A DNA stretch of 64,000 bases from Eledone cirrhosa (lineage: Eukaryota): the NCBI GenBank assembly GCA_964016885.1, contig OZ024756.1, forward strand, positions 18,104,001 to 18,168,000. Reading direction: 5' to 3'. The position numbers were made by a program, and so were the translations under genes. Under the pieces are notes generated by a model, which saw only the letters and a list, made by a program, of their open reading frames with translations, was not told the origin of the DNA and did no database searches. Of the stretch, positions 22,734-37,196 are shown piece by piece (positions within the stretch are counted from its first letter, which is position 1; each line of letters begins with the position of its first letter).

Positions 22734-23348
22734 CTCAGAATCAGTTCCCGTATGAGCAAGGCATGGTCAACCGACCGGCTACTGCCCACAACAGGACAAC
22801 CCGTCTAACCCATGCTAGCGTGGAAGAACGGACGTAAAACGGTGATGATGATGATGATATATATATATATATGTACATATATATATATATATATTTAAGG
22901 TGTCTGAGAAAACATGACCATATTAAGACCAGCAGCCAGGTTTATGCAACAAGAAACCCACATTGACCTGGTCTGTAATAATGTGACTGTGGTTGTAATA
23001 TAAAAAAAATAACAAAAACTGTACGGAATATACCACTGAAGGGCGGATAACTCCTCTTTGCAACTGGTGAGAATGACATATATTTATATAACAAGTTATA
23101 CAACTGGTTACGTTATCTTATAGTAATTACCAGTAGGGTTAGTTAAAGCGCTGAAATGGCAAATGAAAGCTGTGTTCGTTTCACCATTCATGTTATCTTC
23201 TTATTTTTTATTTTTTTCTCTTTCCCTGTTTATCTCAATCGTATAGGTTTTCAAATATATATATATTTAATTTGATGATATTAGCGTAACCATAAAAATT
23301 ATAATTATACACACACACACATTCATATATATATATATATATATATAA

Positions 23349-23384
<36 letters not shown>

Positions 23385-23417
23385 GAAAGGTATAGAAAAT
23401 ATTGTAGCAAAAAGCCA

Positions 23418-23449
<32 letters not shown>

Positions 23450-23493
23450 GTATAGGTATATACATACAGATATATATATACTCACATACATAC

Positions 23494-23525
<32 letters not shown>

Positions 23526-24200
23526 TTATATATATATATTTAGACATTCAATATGTAGATGTGTAGATATTGTAATCGACATTATATAAATAAAGCTAAT
23601 TATTGTTATCGATAATTGTAATTATCAATATAGAAAATTATTATTATTCAATTGCTTCAGGCTTTGAATCTGCAGAATTGGATAAAATGTTCAGTTTTGA
23701 GGTCAAATCTTAGCCTAGGTCGGTCAACTTTGAATTTCATTCCTACAGAGTCTGATAACATAAAGTACCAATCATATACGGGGATGATATTAATGACTAA
23801 ACTCACCCCTCCCCCACTCCACACCGCCCCAAATTTGTAGATTTACACTCATGCTAGAAATTATAATTACTTAATTGCGTTTTGATAACAAGCTGCTACC
23901 TATGCAGATTTAATCAAGTGGTTTATTTCAGGCATTTGTCATACAGACACACACACACACACATACACAGGCACAGACACAGACATATATATATATAGAG
24001 AGAGGGGGTGAGAGAGATATGTGTGTGTATACACCACACACATGCACCCACACAAACACCCACATACACATATGTGCAACACACGCGCATGCATGCACAC
24101 ATACACACACAAGTATGACATAAAGGCCCATATATAGAGAGAGAGGGGTGATATGTAAAATTCCGCTCTCTATTTCCCCATGCATCGAGTACTCCTGCAG

Positions 24201-24270
<70 letters not shown>

Positions 24271-24735
24271 TATATATATATATATGCATATATATATATA
24301 TATGCATATATATATGTATGTCTGTGTATGTAAAGTGGTCATGCTGGTGTCACACTGTAAATGTGATTGGTGTTAGGAAGGGCATCCAGTCATAGAAACC
24401 AAGCCAGAAACAGTTCTGTACGAGCAAGACATGGTCATCTGACCTGGCTTGTCTCTCAATGGGAAAACTCGTCTCACCCATGCAGGCTTGGAAAAATGGA
24501 CGTTAAACGGTGATGATGATGATGATGATGATATATATATATATTTTAATTTGCCATAGATTTTGTACTTATTCCTCCTGAAATGTCTTAAAGCAAAGTT
24601 TGCCCACTCCAACAGCAAAGCAATTGAAACTGGTAAAATAAAACAAAATCAGTTCTAGAAATATATCATATATACTTAGTATTTAATATCTTAATAGAAC
24701 ACAAGACTGGCAGAATCGGTAGGGCGTCAGATAAT

Positions 24736-24918
24736 TGTTTCTACTTTTGGCACAAGGCCAGCAATTACCCAGTGTATTACTGGTACTTTATTTTATCGAC
24801 CCCATAAGGATGAAAGGCAAAGTTAACCTCGGCGGGATTTGAACTCAGAATGGCAAGGGCCGTAACTCTATGCGTCAAAGCATGGCGTCCGACCCTCTAC
24901 CGATACTGCCAATCCACT
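24736..24918 (-). mobile_element. Young SINE B copy inserted into an older SINE B, with 18-bp TSD
   Basis: ggtagggcgtcagataat flanks both sides (24718-24735 and 24919-24936). Confidence 0.9.
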
Positions 24919-25199
24919 GGTAGGGCGTCAGATAATATACCATTGTGGTATTTATTCTGCTCTTTACTTTCAGAGTTCAAATCCTACTGAGGTCATCTTT
25001 GCCTCGCAACCTTCAGGGGTTGGGGGTGGGGGTCAATAAAGTACTGGAAGTTGATATAATTGCTTGTTTCTAACCCCTTCCTCACCCCAACCCCATTCCC
25101 CCAAATTGCTGGCCTTGTGCCTCAATTAAAAATTATTATTTGAAGGCGGTGGATTGCTCTTGTGGTGATTTGTTCTGGTTCTTTACATGGCATGGTTTG

Positions 25200-25445
25200 G
25201 TCCCATAACTCCTGAATGAGTCATAGGGCCGCCATATTGGCATGCAGCATTTCTGGGGCAATTTTTAAAACCTGGTGAAGCCTATCTCCTCTCCAGGTCT
25301 GAATACAACAGATTTCTTCCAGAGAAGGAGAGAGAGAGAGAATGGAAGTGAGAAATAGATATAGAGGGAGAATCAACCCTAGTACTTGACTGGTACTTTT
25401 TTTATAGACTTTGAAAGGGTGAAAGGCAAAGTTGACCTTGGGTTT
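25200..25445 (-). mobile_element. SINE B variant with a different 3' tail (related copies at 33330-33640 and 43245-43520)
   Basis: Shared cagatttcttccagag / tctcctc.ccagg tail joined to a B-family body. Confidence 0.6.
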
Positions 25446-26278
25446 TTTACATACTAAGTTCAAATCTATTTTACCTTTTTTTGTGGGAGTCAATAAAAAT
25501 ATATAGTACCCATCATGTACTAAGATTGGTTTATATATATATGTATATAGAGTGCTTAAATTATTTGTGACTAATCCCGGTATTTTTTTTATAAAAAAAA
25601 CGCGATAATATTGCTTTTTGCTGAACTCCTTATTGTAGAGTTTTTTTTTCGGAATGTTTTTGACTGTTGTTTCTTGTAAACAAACATTCGTCTCATTCTG
25701 ACGTCACCAGCCCTGTCTTTCCACATGTGCGTTTTATTTTTCATAATCACGCATGATGATGAACTAGCCTGCTTTTTAATTCCCTTTTTGGCATATTAAT
25801 CAGTGAGAAATTTTGGTTATCGAGTTGAGCTCTGCTGAGGATCGAATTCCAACCGTGACCATCTCCACTGAAAGTTTTCGTGAAATAGTCTTCAAGACTA
25901 TACAGAGCATTTGAAGTTTTTCCAAATTGAAGGATGAGTACTTTAAACTTTATGTTATCATGAGTTAAGGCTCTATTGATTTTTCCCTGGATTTCACTAA
26001 ATTTTGTGGATGAATCTATATACATATTCTCTTTGAGTTGAGTTTGAATTATTTTTCCCACATCTTACGTTAACTATTTTTCCCATTTTGAAGCTATAGT
26101 CACTTATATATTATGGAATACTGTTGGCTTTTTGCTACAATGTTTTCTATACCTTTCATTTATATATAGTTTATATATATGTATGTATATATATATTCTT
26201 TTACTGTTCTACCTGTTCCAGCCATGTGGCTGAGGCCATGCTGGGGCACCGCCCTTGTTGCTGCACATTCTATCTGCG

Positions 26279-26325
<47 letters not shown>

Positions 26326-26570
26326 TATATATGTATTTATGTTAGTTGGGTGTGTAACTACAGTTACAGGTGGTGTGCCATTTGAAGCACTCAATGCTGT
26401 TATAAGGACCATGTGTCTTTGCACATATAAACTCGCATATCTTACAAGATGTCAAAGAAGAGTCGGCCCCATCATTTTAATTGTAGCCTGAGCTGATAGA
26501 TATCAAAATAATTGTAATATGCCATTAAAGTTTATACACATGCTGGAACACTGACTTTGATTCTACTTAT

Positions 26571-26650
<80 letters not shown>

Positions 26651-26767
26651 TATATCAATGATATTAATAAATGGAAACTATATTTATAAAACCATATTTA
26701 TTTTATTTTAAATAAATTTGTTGAATAACCAACAAATTAAATATCTCTTTGCTTATATATATATATA

Positions 26768-27325
26768 TGGTGGCTGCCAACTCGTTTTCAAGTACGGCCA
26801 CTACTTTATATCCATGTAGGAGAACTCCTACCGATGCGCTGAACGAGTGTGCCTTTTTAGTCCAGCCAGCGACTTGAAAACTCTGGTACAAACACTATAC
26901 TTGTGACAATTATTGACACATAGTGCTGGGCCCTTGGTACCATGTGACGACAAGTGCAGAGAGATCTCCAGATATAAAGCAATGCCTGTGCCGTGAAGCT
27001 TTTATAGTGAGCAAAGGCACTGCACAAAGCCAATCCCACTCTCTTAACCAAGATGATATTTACCAAAAAGAAGAACAAGTCAACATCATTGGATATCATT
27101 AGGGTTGCAGGTGTTATATCAGAGTTTTCCTTCTCCTAGAATTCTGCCTTGACAAAAGCTAAGGGGTCATCTCTCCCGGTGATTTTGGATGGCCATTGAC
27201 TCTTAAGAGCTCCTTTGCCCTTTGACAGGTTTTGTTTTTAGTCCTGCAAGTGCGTCCAAAGTCACCCTCCTCACCAAGAAACCTTGGTGGGGTTGCCAGT
27301 TTAGTCGCCAACGACCCGACCATGA

Positions 27326-27330
<5 letters not shown>
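26768..27330 (-). mobile_element. Probable RTE-type LINE 5'UTR remnant (a more diverged copy at 27597-27872)
   Basis: Minus strand carries CTAGGAGAAGGAAAACTCTGA, a motif I recall from RTE 5' regions. The duplicated family member nearby supports repeat status. Confidence 0.5.
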
Positions 27331-27362
<32 letters not shown>

Positions 27363-27366
<4 letters not shown>

Positions 27367-27590
27367 CACGCTGTAATGTGGCCGTGTAGGCAACACAGTA
27401 AAAACCTCCCAGCCCCACACTGTAAATGTGGTTGGTGTTAGGAAGGGCATCCAGCTGTAGAAAACCCGCCAGACAGTCCTATGCGAGCAAGACAATCACT
27501 CTTGCCTCAAGTGGGAAAATCCCCGTCCAAACCCATGCAAGCGTGGAACACGGACGTTAAACGATGATGATGATGATGATGATGATGATA
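27363..27590 (+). mobile_element. RTE-tailed SINE 3' fragment
   Basis: gtggttggtgttaggaagggcatccagc...ggacgttaaacgatgatg. Confidence 0.75.
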
Positions 27591-28299
27591 TATATGATGG
27601 CTGCAAACTCTGCTAAGAGTACTGCAATTGCTTGAAGGAATATAGAATTTGGTGCACTTTTAGACTACGCCCAGTCACAAACCGGCGGTAACATATCCTG
27701 AACAAGCAATGCCTGTGCTTTGCATGTTTTTTAAGTGAGGAAAGGCCTTGCACTCAACCAACCCCACTCTCTGAGCATCGAAAACACTACCCAAAAAGGA
27801 GAACTGGTCAACATCATCGGATGCTTCTGAAGCCGCAGTTTTTGTTTTTTTTTCAGTTTCCCCTCTCCTAGAAAGTGCACTACTTAGAATTTAAGGCATT
27901 AAGCTCACAATTCTAACATTCTGGGTTTGATTCCTACACCTGGTAACATTGCAGTGTCCTTAAGCAAAATACTTTATTTCCCATTGCTCCAGTTCACTCA
28001 ACTGAAAACGAGTACCTACAGCTAGAGCTAGGAGTTAACCAGAAAATGACAGAGTCCTGTTCAGGTGGAAGTGTAATACCTTCGGTTACTTAATGCCAAG
28101 GTAACTGGAATAAATTCCAGCCTGATGAGCCAAATTGTATGGGACAAACTTTTTTTTATGCATATACATATATGTACATTTAATATATATATATATATAT
28201 ATACATATGTAATATATATATGCATATATATGTATATATATATTTAATATAGAAATGGCTTCTACAGGACTAGAATTGTTTCATTCTGGAGAAATCATC

Positions 28300-28331
<32 letters not shown>

Positions 28332-28367
28332 TGCATATATATATGTATGTATATATATGTGTGTGTG

Positions 28368-28406
<39 letters not shown>

Positions 28407-28530
28407 GCATATATGTGTGTGTATATATATATATATACACATATGCATATATATATATGTGTGTAAATATATATATATATATATATGCATATATATATAT
28501 CTGTGTAAATATATATATATATGCATATAT

Positions 28531-28564
<34 letters not shown>

Positions 28565-28629
28565 ATGTGTATATATATACACAGAGAGATACTGTTGCAC
28601 TGCTCCCTCCCTCTCTCTCTCTATTAACA

Positions 28630-28745
28630 AATTTCGCGAAAACCTGTCACAGTGCTTGATTCCGGAATTTGTTTCTCTCCCAGCTCTCTAACCCAAGATG
28701 GCGGTTGTGTAAACAGATTCTTCGGTCACTTGTGTGCAGGTAGGT
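28630..28745 (+). promoter_or_regulatory. Promoter and non-coding first exon of the plus-strand gene
   Basis: TTTCGCGAAA palindrome (28632), TTCCGGAA, YY1-type CAAGATGGCGG (28694-28704), and donor CAG|GTAGGT at 28739/28740. Confidence 0.6.
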
Positions 28746-30078
28746 GTTGTTTGCCTCTCTTCACAACATATATATTGCTTACGTTCCTTCTGGATAGCCT
28801 AGCTAAACATGCAGACACCCTTCGTCTTGTGTTGACGGACTGTTTTGCAAGTGTTTAGCTTGTTTTCTTCCTACCTGTATAACCCATGTTTTTTTTCCTC
28901 TCTCTCCCTCGTATCTTGGCCTGTTACACTACTCAGCTCCAAATCTATATATTTATTGTTAATGCCATGCAATTTACTATCTTTTCGATTAATGTGTCGT
29001 TATTGCATTAAGAAAGATCTTGTTAAATTGTTTTTACAGTAAGTTCTAACGCGATCAGGTATTTTCGCTTACAGTTTAAATATATATATATTTTCTTTTT
29101 TACTACGGTGCCAACTTTACGTGGGCGAGAAGAATGCGTAGGCTTGGCAATGTTTTCCATTTGTTTTTCTTTGTATATCTGTATTTCTGCATGTATATAT
29201 ATATATATATATTACATACGTACACGTACTGTGTGTGTATATATCTGTGTTGTGTATGTGTAAAGTGTTCGTAATGTTCCCCCCGTTATATCAACCACAT
29301 AACATATTTGTTAATGTTGCTTTTGTTGTCTACAAAGTTTCACTTAAATTTACACAACCCTTAACCCGAATTACTTTACTATTGAAATATTTCTAATCCA
29401 ACTTCTCTTCCCGTTCCCAATCTAAGACAAATTTCCCCGTCTTCTCTCATATTACTGATTAAATCAACAGGCCTTCTGATTAACTATTTGGGGTTTTCCC
29501 TTCTCTATCGATCTTTTTTCCTTATAGAAGCGGGAAGAAGGCAAATAATGATGATAATAAGTAGCTAAGCGAAGGCGAGATAAAAATTAAGAAAAACTCG
29601 TATTTACTAATCGATAGTTTATTAGTTGGAGAAATATAACAGATGAAGTGATAAGAAGTTGTCCATCCTCTCATCATCCCAGATCATCTCTGACAAGCTG
29701 TCGCTTGTCAATCATTCTTCTAACGCCAGTTCCATGTTATGACGTCAAGTTCCACTTCTTCCAGCTGGTGTGGGATCTTAACATCGGATCTATCCCACAC
29801 ATCTCACCACATCATATTTCCATCTCGGCTTCTCGTTAATTTCTCTTGCTTTCTTCATTAATTTTTTCTTCCTGTATTTCATCGTCTTCTCTTTTTCTTT
29901 CTTCCTTTTCCTCTTTTCCTCCCACTAGAAGACAGTTACGTCTTCTTTATACGGCTATTATTGTTATGAAATCATTATTACCCAAAGATGGTGTGTGTGT
30001 GTTAAGTTGATTGTGATATCCCTCTTGAAGTAAAGGCGTGGGCAGTAGCTGAGGAATGGTCAGCCGATATTTCTATAG

Positions 30079-30123
30079 TTCAAGTGTAGTGGGAGCGGGA
30101 GATGTGCAGAGACAGTAAACCAA
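30079..30123 (+). other. Candidate leader exon (5' boundary uncertain)
   Basis: Acceptor ttctatag and strong donor CAA|GTGAGT. Confidence 0.4.
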
Positions 30124-30209
30124 GTGAGTGAGTATATATGTTTATTTGTATATGTGTATGTATGTGTGTGTGTGTATACACGCTAACTATACTTTACCTT
30201 CCATAACAG

Positions 30210-30325
30210 AAGAATATCTTGTTTTGTCAACACCCGGACTGGTTACCTAGTCACAAGATAAGTCTTACCAAATTCTTACGGTTCTTCCGTCGATGGAAGG
30301 AGCGATGCTATGCTTCAGCTGGCCG
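30210..30325 (+). other. Leader exon (116 nt)
   Basis: Branch point cgCTAAC, pyrimidine tract, CAG acceptor, and donor CCG|GTACGT. Confidence 0.6.
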
Positions 30326-31199
30326 GTACGTATCTCAAACTGACCTATAAATATTAAATTCTCTTGACCCTGACCACAATCGGAAGAAATGTTATAAGAT
30401 GATGATATGATGATGGTGATGATGATAATGGTGGTGTTTTCCATGAATTCTTTAAAATAATGTTTGTTTGTTTATTAAAAAAAAAAAAACATTCTCTTTG
30501 TTTAATACTGTTCCGTTAATTCCAAAAATATATTCTACAGAATTAAGATAGGGAATCACAATACCTGATCGATCATTGATTATGCCTTTGTTATTATTGT
30601 ATTGTTTCTGTCCTTGGAAGAAAAAAATATAAATGCCACAGTCCACTTGGCCTCTGGTCACTACTTTTACCCTACAAAACTTAAATCATGTGTCAATATT
30701 AAATTTGTTATTGTTAACTTGTAATTGATCTTTCTTCTTCTTTTTTTTTTGTCTTTTTCTCCTTCTTTCCGTCGTGGTTTCTGATTTAGGGGGCGAGGGT
30801 AAAGTCGATTAAATCGACCCCAATGCGTTACTGGTACTTCGTTTTATCGACCCCCTCCCCCCTCACACACACATACACCGTAAAGATTAAGGGTACATGT
30901 TCAACAATTTAATTTTTAACTCTTCATTCTCCTTTAAATTGATATTTGGGAAACACACACACGTGTGTGTATATATATAATAACATTGTTTTTCTCTTTT
31001 TGAAACTAAACATTTTATTCATTTACAATCTAAAATTATAATATTCTCTCATCCCAGTAAAATAGCTTGATGGCGAGGATGGTGATGATGGATAAATTTT
31101 ATATATATGTTGTAGTGGGATTAAACTTCCATTGTGTCCCACCCACTCAAACTCCCACCCATGCATACAACAACTACTACACCTCATACATACTAAATG

Positions 31200-31860
31200 A
31201 CCCCCCCCCCACACACACACATGCTAAGAGATTACCCCTCCCACACACACACAACACACACGCTAAAAGACTACCCCCCACACAATACACATGCTAAAAG
31301 ACTACCCCCCACACAACACACGCTAAAAGACCCCCCACACACACACTAAAAGACTACCCCCACACACTAAAAGACTACCCCCACATACACACAGTAAATG
31401 ACTGCTTGTCCCCCATACACACACTAAAACACTGCTTGTCCCCACACACACACACATACATACTAAAACACTGCTTGTCCCACACACATACATACTAAAA
31501 GACTGCTTGTCCCACACACATACATACTAAAAGACTGCTTGTCCCACACACATACATACTAAAAGACTGCTTGTCCCACACACATACATACTAAAAGACT
31601 GCTTGTCCCACACACATACACTAAAAGACTGCCTTCACACCCGCGCGCAAAAAGACTACCCTCACCACATCCACATACAAAGACTGCCTCCACACATGCT
31701 AAAAGACATTCCCTCCCTCCCACACACACCCAGATAAAAAGACATTCCCTCCTCCCACACACACACAGACAAAAAGACATTCCCTCCTCCCACACACAGA
31801 CAAAAAGACATTCCCTCCCACACATTTACACACTGAAACACTGCCCACACACAAACCTCC
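31200..31860. repeat. Evolving ~25-35 bp minisatellite (cacatactaaaagactgcttgtccca)
   Basis: Read directly. The unit drifts along the array. Confidence 0.85.
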
Positions 31861-32101
31861 AACTGTTAAAATATTACTTGCACATCTTCATTAGATTTTA
31901 ACATTTTACTCTGATACACTAGCAGGTGGAAATGCTGCCTGTGTCCTGTGAGGTCATGGGACACATTTGATGGTTTATTTCATTATATATGTATATATAT
32001 GTGTGTGTGTTATGTATTTCCGTAGAAAATGTAAAGGAAAGTAGAGTGCTCTATCTATAGTACAGAGCTATTTCATTACATAATAAACAACACAATATAA
32101 T

Positions 32102-32175
32102 TATTCCATTACCAAAGGTTTCAGGAAGCTAGACGATCCTTACAGAAATGTCCAGTACGCTCATCAGATGAAATA
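32102..32175 (-). ncRNA. Type I hammerhead ribozyme motif (family 1)
   Basis: tatttcat CTGATGA (long, partly decayed stem II) GAAAC ctttg GTA atggaata. Stem I is 8 bp and stem III is 3 bp. Confidence 0.7.
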
Positions 32176-32290
32176 GTTATGAAATAGTTAAATAAAAGAA
32201 ATATATATATATGTATATGTGTATATATATGTGTGTGTATATATATATATATATATATTTGTGTGTGTGTATATATATATATGTATATGT

Positions 32291-32470
32291 GTGGATTGGC
32301 AGTATCGGTAGAGGGTCGGACGCCATGCTTTCCAGCATAGTTACATCCCTTTACGATCTGAGTTCAAATCCCGCCGAGGTTGACTTTGCCTTTCATCCTT
32401 ACGGGGTCGATAAAATAAAGTACCAGTAATGCACTGAGTATTTGCTGGCCTTGTGCCTAAAGTAGAAACA
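32291..32470 (+). mobile_element. SINE family B
   Basis: Full consensus match. Confidence 0.9.
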
Positions 32471-32477
32471 ATTATAT

Positions 32478-32825
32478 GGAGGCACATGGCTTAGTGGTTA
32501 GAGCATTGGCCTTGCAATAGAAAGGTTGTGAGTTCAATTCTCAGACCGGGCAATGTGTTGTTTCCTTGAGCAAGGCACTTTATTTCACATTGCTCCACTT
32601 TACTCAGCTGTAGAAATGAGATGATAGGGACTGGGGTCCCTATCATTCCACTACAAAGTGGTCGTGGAGGTGCCACGGAAAAAAAGCACCCAGCACTCAC
32701 TGTAAATGAGGTTGGTGTTAGGAAGGGCATCCAGCTGTAGAAATCAAGCCAGAATCAGTTCCTGTCCCACCCTTGCAAGCAGGGAAAAGTGGACGTAAAA
32801 TGAAATGATGATGAAATGAATGATG
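32478..32825 (+). mobile_element. Full-length SINE family A
   Basis: Full consensus match. Confidence 0.9.
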
Positions 32826-32842
32826 TGTATATATATATATGT

Positions 32843-32902
<60 letters not shown>

Positions 32903-33077
32903 GTGTATATATATATATATGTATATGTGTATATATATATATATATATGTGTATATATATATATGTGTATATATATATATGTGTGTATATATATATATAT
33001 GTATATGTGTATATATATATATATGTATATGTGTATATATATATGTGTATATGTATATGTGTATATATATATGTGTA

Positions 33078-33146
<69 letters not shown>

Positions 33147-33649
33147 ACAAGGTGTTAATTTTTCATTAAATTTATTGATGTGACGCGTATTTCGCGATTG
33201 ATCAGTTCATGGTTCGATCTGTATTGATTGGGCCCGACTCTGGAATCAAAATCTCATCGGTCTTTTGTTATCGTAATGACATGTATATATATATATATAT
33301 ATATATATAGATATAGATGCGTGTGTATCTGTAACTCCTGATAGTGTCATAGGGGTGCCATATTGACATACAACATTTCTTGGCCATTATTTAAACATGG
33401 TGGAGCTCATCTCCTCACCAGGGCTGAACATAGCAGATTTCTTGCAGAGAAGGATAGAGAGTGAGAAAGAGATATAGAGGAAGAATGGACTCCAGTACGT
33501 GACAGGTACTTTTTTTTATTGACCTCGAAAGGATGAAACGCAAAGTTGACCTCTGCAGGATTTGAACTCAGAGAGCAGAAAGTAGGAACAAATAACACAA
33601 AGCATTATATCCGATGTTCTAACGACTCTGCGAAATCACAGCGTTTATA

Positions 33650-33979
33650 TATCATCATTTTACGTCCGCTTTTCCCTCCTTGCCAGGGTGAGACGGGAAC
33701 TGATTCTGGCTTGATTTCTACAGCTGGATGCCCTTCCTAACACCAACCTCATTTACAGTGAGTGCTGGGTGCTTTTTTTCCGTGGCACCTCCACGACCAC
33801 TTTGCAGTGGAATGATATGGACCCCAGTCCTATCATCTCATTTCTACAGCTGAGTAAACTGGAGTAATGTGAAATAAAGTGTCTTGCTCAAGGAAACAAC
33901 ACATCACCCGGTCTGAGAATTGAACTCACAACCTTTCAATTGCAAGGCCAATGCTCTAACCACTAAGCCATGTGCCTTC
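33650..33979 (-). mobile_element. Full-length SINE family A
   Basis: Full consensus match. Confidence 0.9.
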
Positions 33980-34379
33980 TTGTATATATATTTAAATGTA
34001 AATGCACGCACACACATACACATACATACTGTGACAGAGAAATGGTTTGCTATCATTGAACTAGAGAAAAAAAAAAAAGAAACATGAAAATTTGGTTGGA
34101 TTTACTTATATCAGTTAAAAATTTGGATTTTAATTGCTCATGTCTTAACTCTTTTGGTACCAAACTGCCAGGAAATGTCACCTGGGTCTATGATACTAAG
34201 CCGTTTATTTTAAAATGTTTATATTTATCTATATATTCTGCGATTCTATCACAACACATAAAGAGAGAGGAGTAGTTTGACTACCTCATACTACTCCTCT
34301 CTCTTTAAGTCTGTTGCCTGCATGAATGTATGTGTGTGTAAAAGGAAGAAAGGGGAAGTGTGTCTGTATTTGCACGTAA

Positions 34380-34670
34380 GTTGTGAGTTCAATTCTCAGA
34401 CCAGTGGATGTGTTGTTTCCTTGAGCAAGACACTTTATTTCACATTGCTCCAGTTTACTCAGCTGTAGGAATGAGATGATAGGGACTGGGGTCCATATCA
34501 TTTCACTGCAAAGTGGTCGTGGAGGTGCCACGGAAAAAAAAAAAGCAACCAGCACTCACTGTAAATGAGGTTGGTGTTAGGAAGGGCATCCAGCTGTAGA
34601 AATCAAGCCAGAATCAGTTCCCGTTCCACCCTTGCAAGCAGGGAAATGCGGACGTAAAATGATGATGATA
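34380..34670 (+). mobile_element. 5'-truncated SINE family A
   Basis: Begins just before the B-box. Confidence 0.9.
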
Positions 34671-34874
34671 ATATTTATATACTCATACATATAAATATAT
34701 GCATATGCACACATATACACATTCACATTTGTGTATGGAAAAAAACTTCCATCACAATTTATGTTCTAAACACCAACTTAATGATGTGGAAAATAGTTAT
34801 TTTACAAAATCCCTCCAAATTCTTGATTATTTTCAAACTTGAAGATCATAAGCTGTTTTTCATTAGAAATATAA

Positions 34875-35086
34875 CAGTTTCTAATTTAAGCACAAGGCTG
34901 ACAATTTTAAGGGAAGGGGGAGTTGATTAAATTGACCCCAGTATGTTACTGGTGCTTTATTTATCAACCCCATAAGGATGAAAGGCAAAGCTAACCTCAG
35001 CGAGATTTGATCTCAGAATGTAAAGGGACGTAACTATATGCTGCAAAGCATATTGTCTGATGCTCTACCAATACTGCCAATCCACT
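34875..35086 (-). mobile_element. SINE family B
   Basis: Consensus match. Another minus copy lies at 36033-36228. Confidence 0.85.
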
Positions 35087-35603
35087 GCTACTGGATAATG
35101 TTTGATAGTTTTTGCCTCATTACTCTCTTAGTCACTCCTTGGTTTAACACTTTAGCATTTACCCATCTAGCGTGGAAGAACGGACGTAAAATGGTGTTGA
35201 TGATGATGATTATTATATATATACTATTGTATTTTCACCATAAACACTTTATCTCACATAATTATCCCACATAATATCGAATCTATGAGATTTTGATAAT
35301 TTGAAGACATTCCTGCTAATATTTAGTGATGTCATATATTTTAGTGCATGTGTACTTGGCTGTTGTATGTTGGAAATCTTAGATATTTCCACAAGTCACA
35401 TACAGTCATTAAACCAATGTTTATATCTGGACTCTGTAATGGATAAGACATAAATATCAACCTCTACATGAGACAACAGTCTGTCAGAGAGAGACTATTC
35501 GCTAGATGAATTGAGGAAGCACACAGATTTAACTTTTCTCATATCAATCCACATGTGACCATCTCTGGTTAGAATACAAAATCTTGTTTAAAAGTATTCA
35601 TAT

Positions 35604-35820
35604 TTAACCCTTTAGTATTTTAAACCGGTCGTATCCGGCCAGAATTCTCTTACCTCTTTCTGTTCAAACCGGCTGTAACTGGCCGCTCATTCGTATTAAG
35701 GTATTGTTCTAAAAATAAATAATATCAAAATCTCATAGATTCGATATTATGTGAGGTAAAACCTTTACTGTGAAAATATAATAGTAAATATATAGAGTAA
35801 TGTAAATGCTAAAGGGTTAA
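35604..35820. mobile_element. piggyBac-like MITE
   Basis: TTAA-CCCTTTAG ... CTAAAGGG-TTAA. Same family as 11138. Confidence 0.9.
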
Positions 35821-36477
35821 ATTAAAACCTTCCATCTCAATTTTATATAAGAATCTTTTTGTTATGTTCCTAACACTATTTTAACTAATAAACAAAGTTG
35901 TCCCTCAAAATCCTTGATTATTTTCAAATTTACCTTAACTACTCAAATATAAGCTGACCCCACTCTTTTGTGTCTGAGAAATGGGCAAACAATCTAAATC
36001 TTATTTACGTAGAATTTGAAGTTGGTGAACATTTTAGGCACAAGGCCAGCAATTTTGGGGGTGGAGAAAGTCGATTAAATTGACCCCCAGTGCATTACTG
36101 GTGCTTTATTTTATCGGGCCTCGTAAGGATGAAAGAAAATGCTAACCTCGGTAGGATTTGAACTCGGACTGGAATTCTACGCTGCAAAATATGGCATCTG
36201 ACCATCTACCAATACTGCCAAGCCACCATTGTCAAAATATTGATCCAGAAATATAAGCCTCCACCCCCTTCTACCATCAATTTTTTGGTCACATATTCCT
36301 CAGTTTAGATTCAAGTGTATACTGTAATTAAAACCTATAAGCAGCGTATTCCATTCCAAATATGAACTTAATAGAGTTAAATGTTCTAGAAAGAGACAAT
36401 GAAGCATTTGTCGCTGCAACTAGCAACTTAAAATAGCAGCTTATCCTCTTGGGTATTTCATATTTCTATATGAACTG

Positions 36478-36790
36478 TGAAGGCACATGGCTTAGTGATT
36501 AGAGGTTGTGAGTTTGATTCCTGGACCAGGCTGTGTGTTGTGTTCTTGGGCAAGACACTTTATTTTACATTGCTCCAGTTTACTCTCAGCTGTAGAATGA
36601 GTTGTGGCATTATTAGTGCCAAGCTGTATTGGCCATTGCCTTTCCCTTGGACAACATTGTTGGCGTGGAGAGGAGAGACATGTATGCATGGGCCACTGCT
36701 GGTCTTCCACAAACAACCTTTCCTTGACTTGTGCCTCTACTTTTTATGTGAAAATCCCATAGTCATTTGTGACTTAAGGAGGTCTTTACT
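36478..36790 (+). mobile_element. tRNA-derived SINE (A-like head, different tail)
   Basis: ggcacatggcttagtg head, cttgggcaagacactt body, and ggccattgcctttcccttgga tail. Confidence 0.7.
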
Positions 36791-37073
36791 TCTTTACCAT
36801 TTTATATGAACTGTGACTTTAGAAAATGGAGCCTTAGTATCTATATATATGTTGAATCTATTTACGTGTAGATTTCAATCTATTATTATGTCTGTAGGTA
36901 CCTCTACTCTATATGTTGCATCATCTAATTTTGTTTACCTTACATGTATATCTCAATGCATATTATGTCTGTAGCTATTTCTACTATATATGTTACATCA
37001 TTTAATTTTGTTTACCTTGCATGTAGATCACAGTCTATTATTATGTCTGTAGGTACCTCTACTTTCTTTTAAG

Positions 37074-37196
37074 GTTTCCTGTGGCTGCCAGTGTTCATGC
37101 CAGGGTTGTGGATGAAATATTTAAAACAAACTGGAAAACATTCTTGTGCCTCTTTGAGAAAGAAACAAAACTTCCAGACGAATTTACTGTGTGTAG
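37074..37196 (+). other. Exon (123 nt) upstream of the large ORF
   Basis: Acceptor ctttcttttaag, donor TAG|GTTAGT, and unique high-complexity sequence. Confidence 0.6.

Noticed and set aside
25747-26061. 104-aa minus-strand ORF
   Set aside because: Non-ATG start, no recognisable motif and no convincing splice sites. It could be a transposon remnant but I cannot support a call.
32621-32646. tetO-like TCCCTATCA/TGATAGGGA inverted repeat
   Set aside because: Arm order and spacing differ from tetO, and it is an internal hairpin of SINE A, so it is not vector contamination.
33175-33265. CCGATGA...GAAATACGCGTC (minus) as a hammerhead; similar case at 60385-60420
   Set aside because: Core substitutions or deletions and no stem I pairing. 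At best these are dead remnants.
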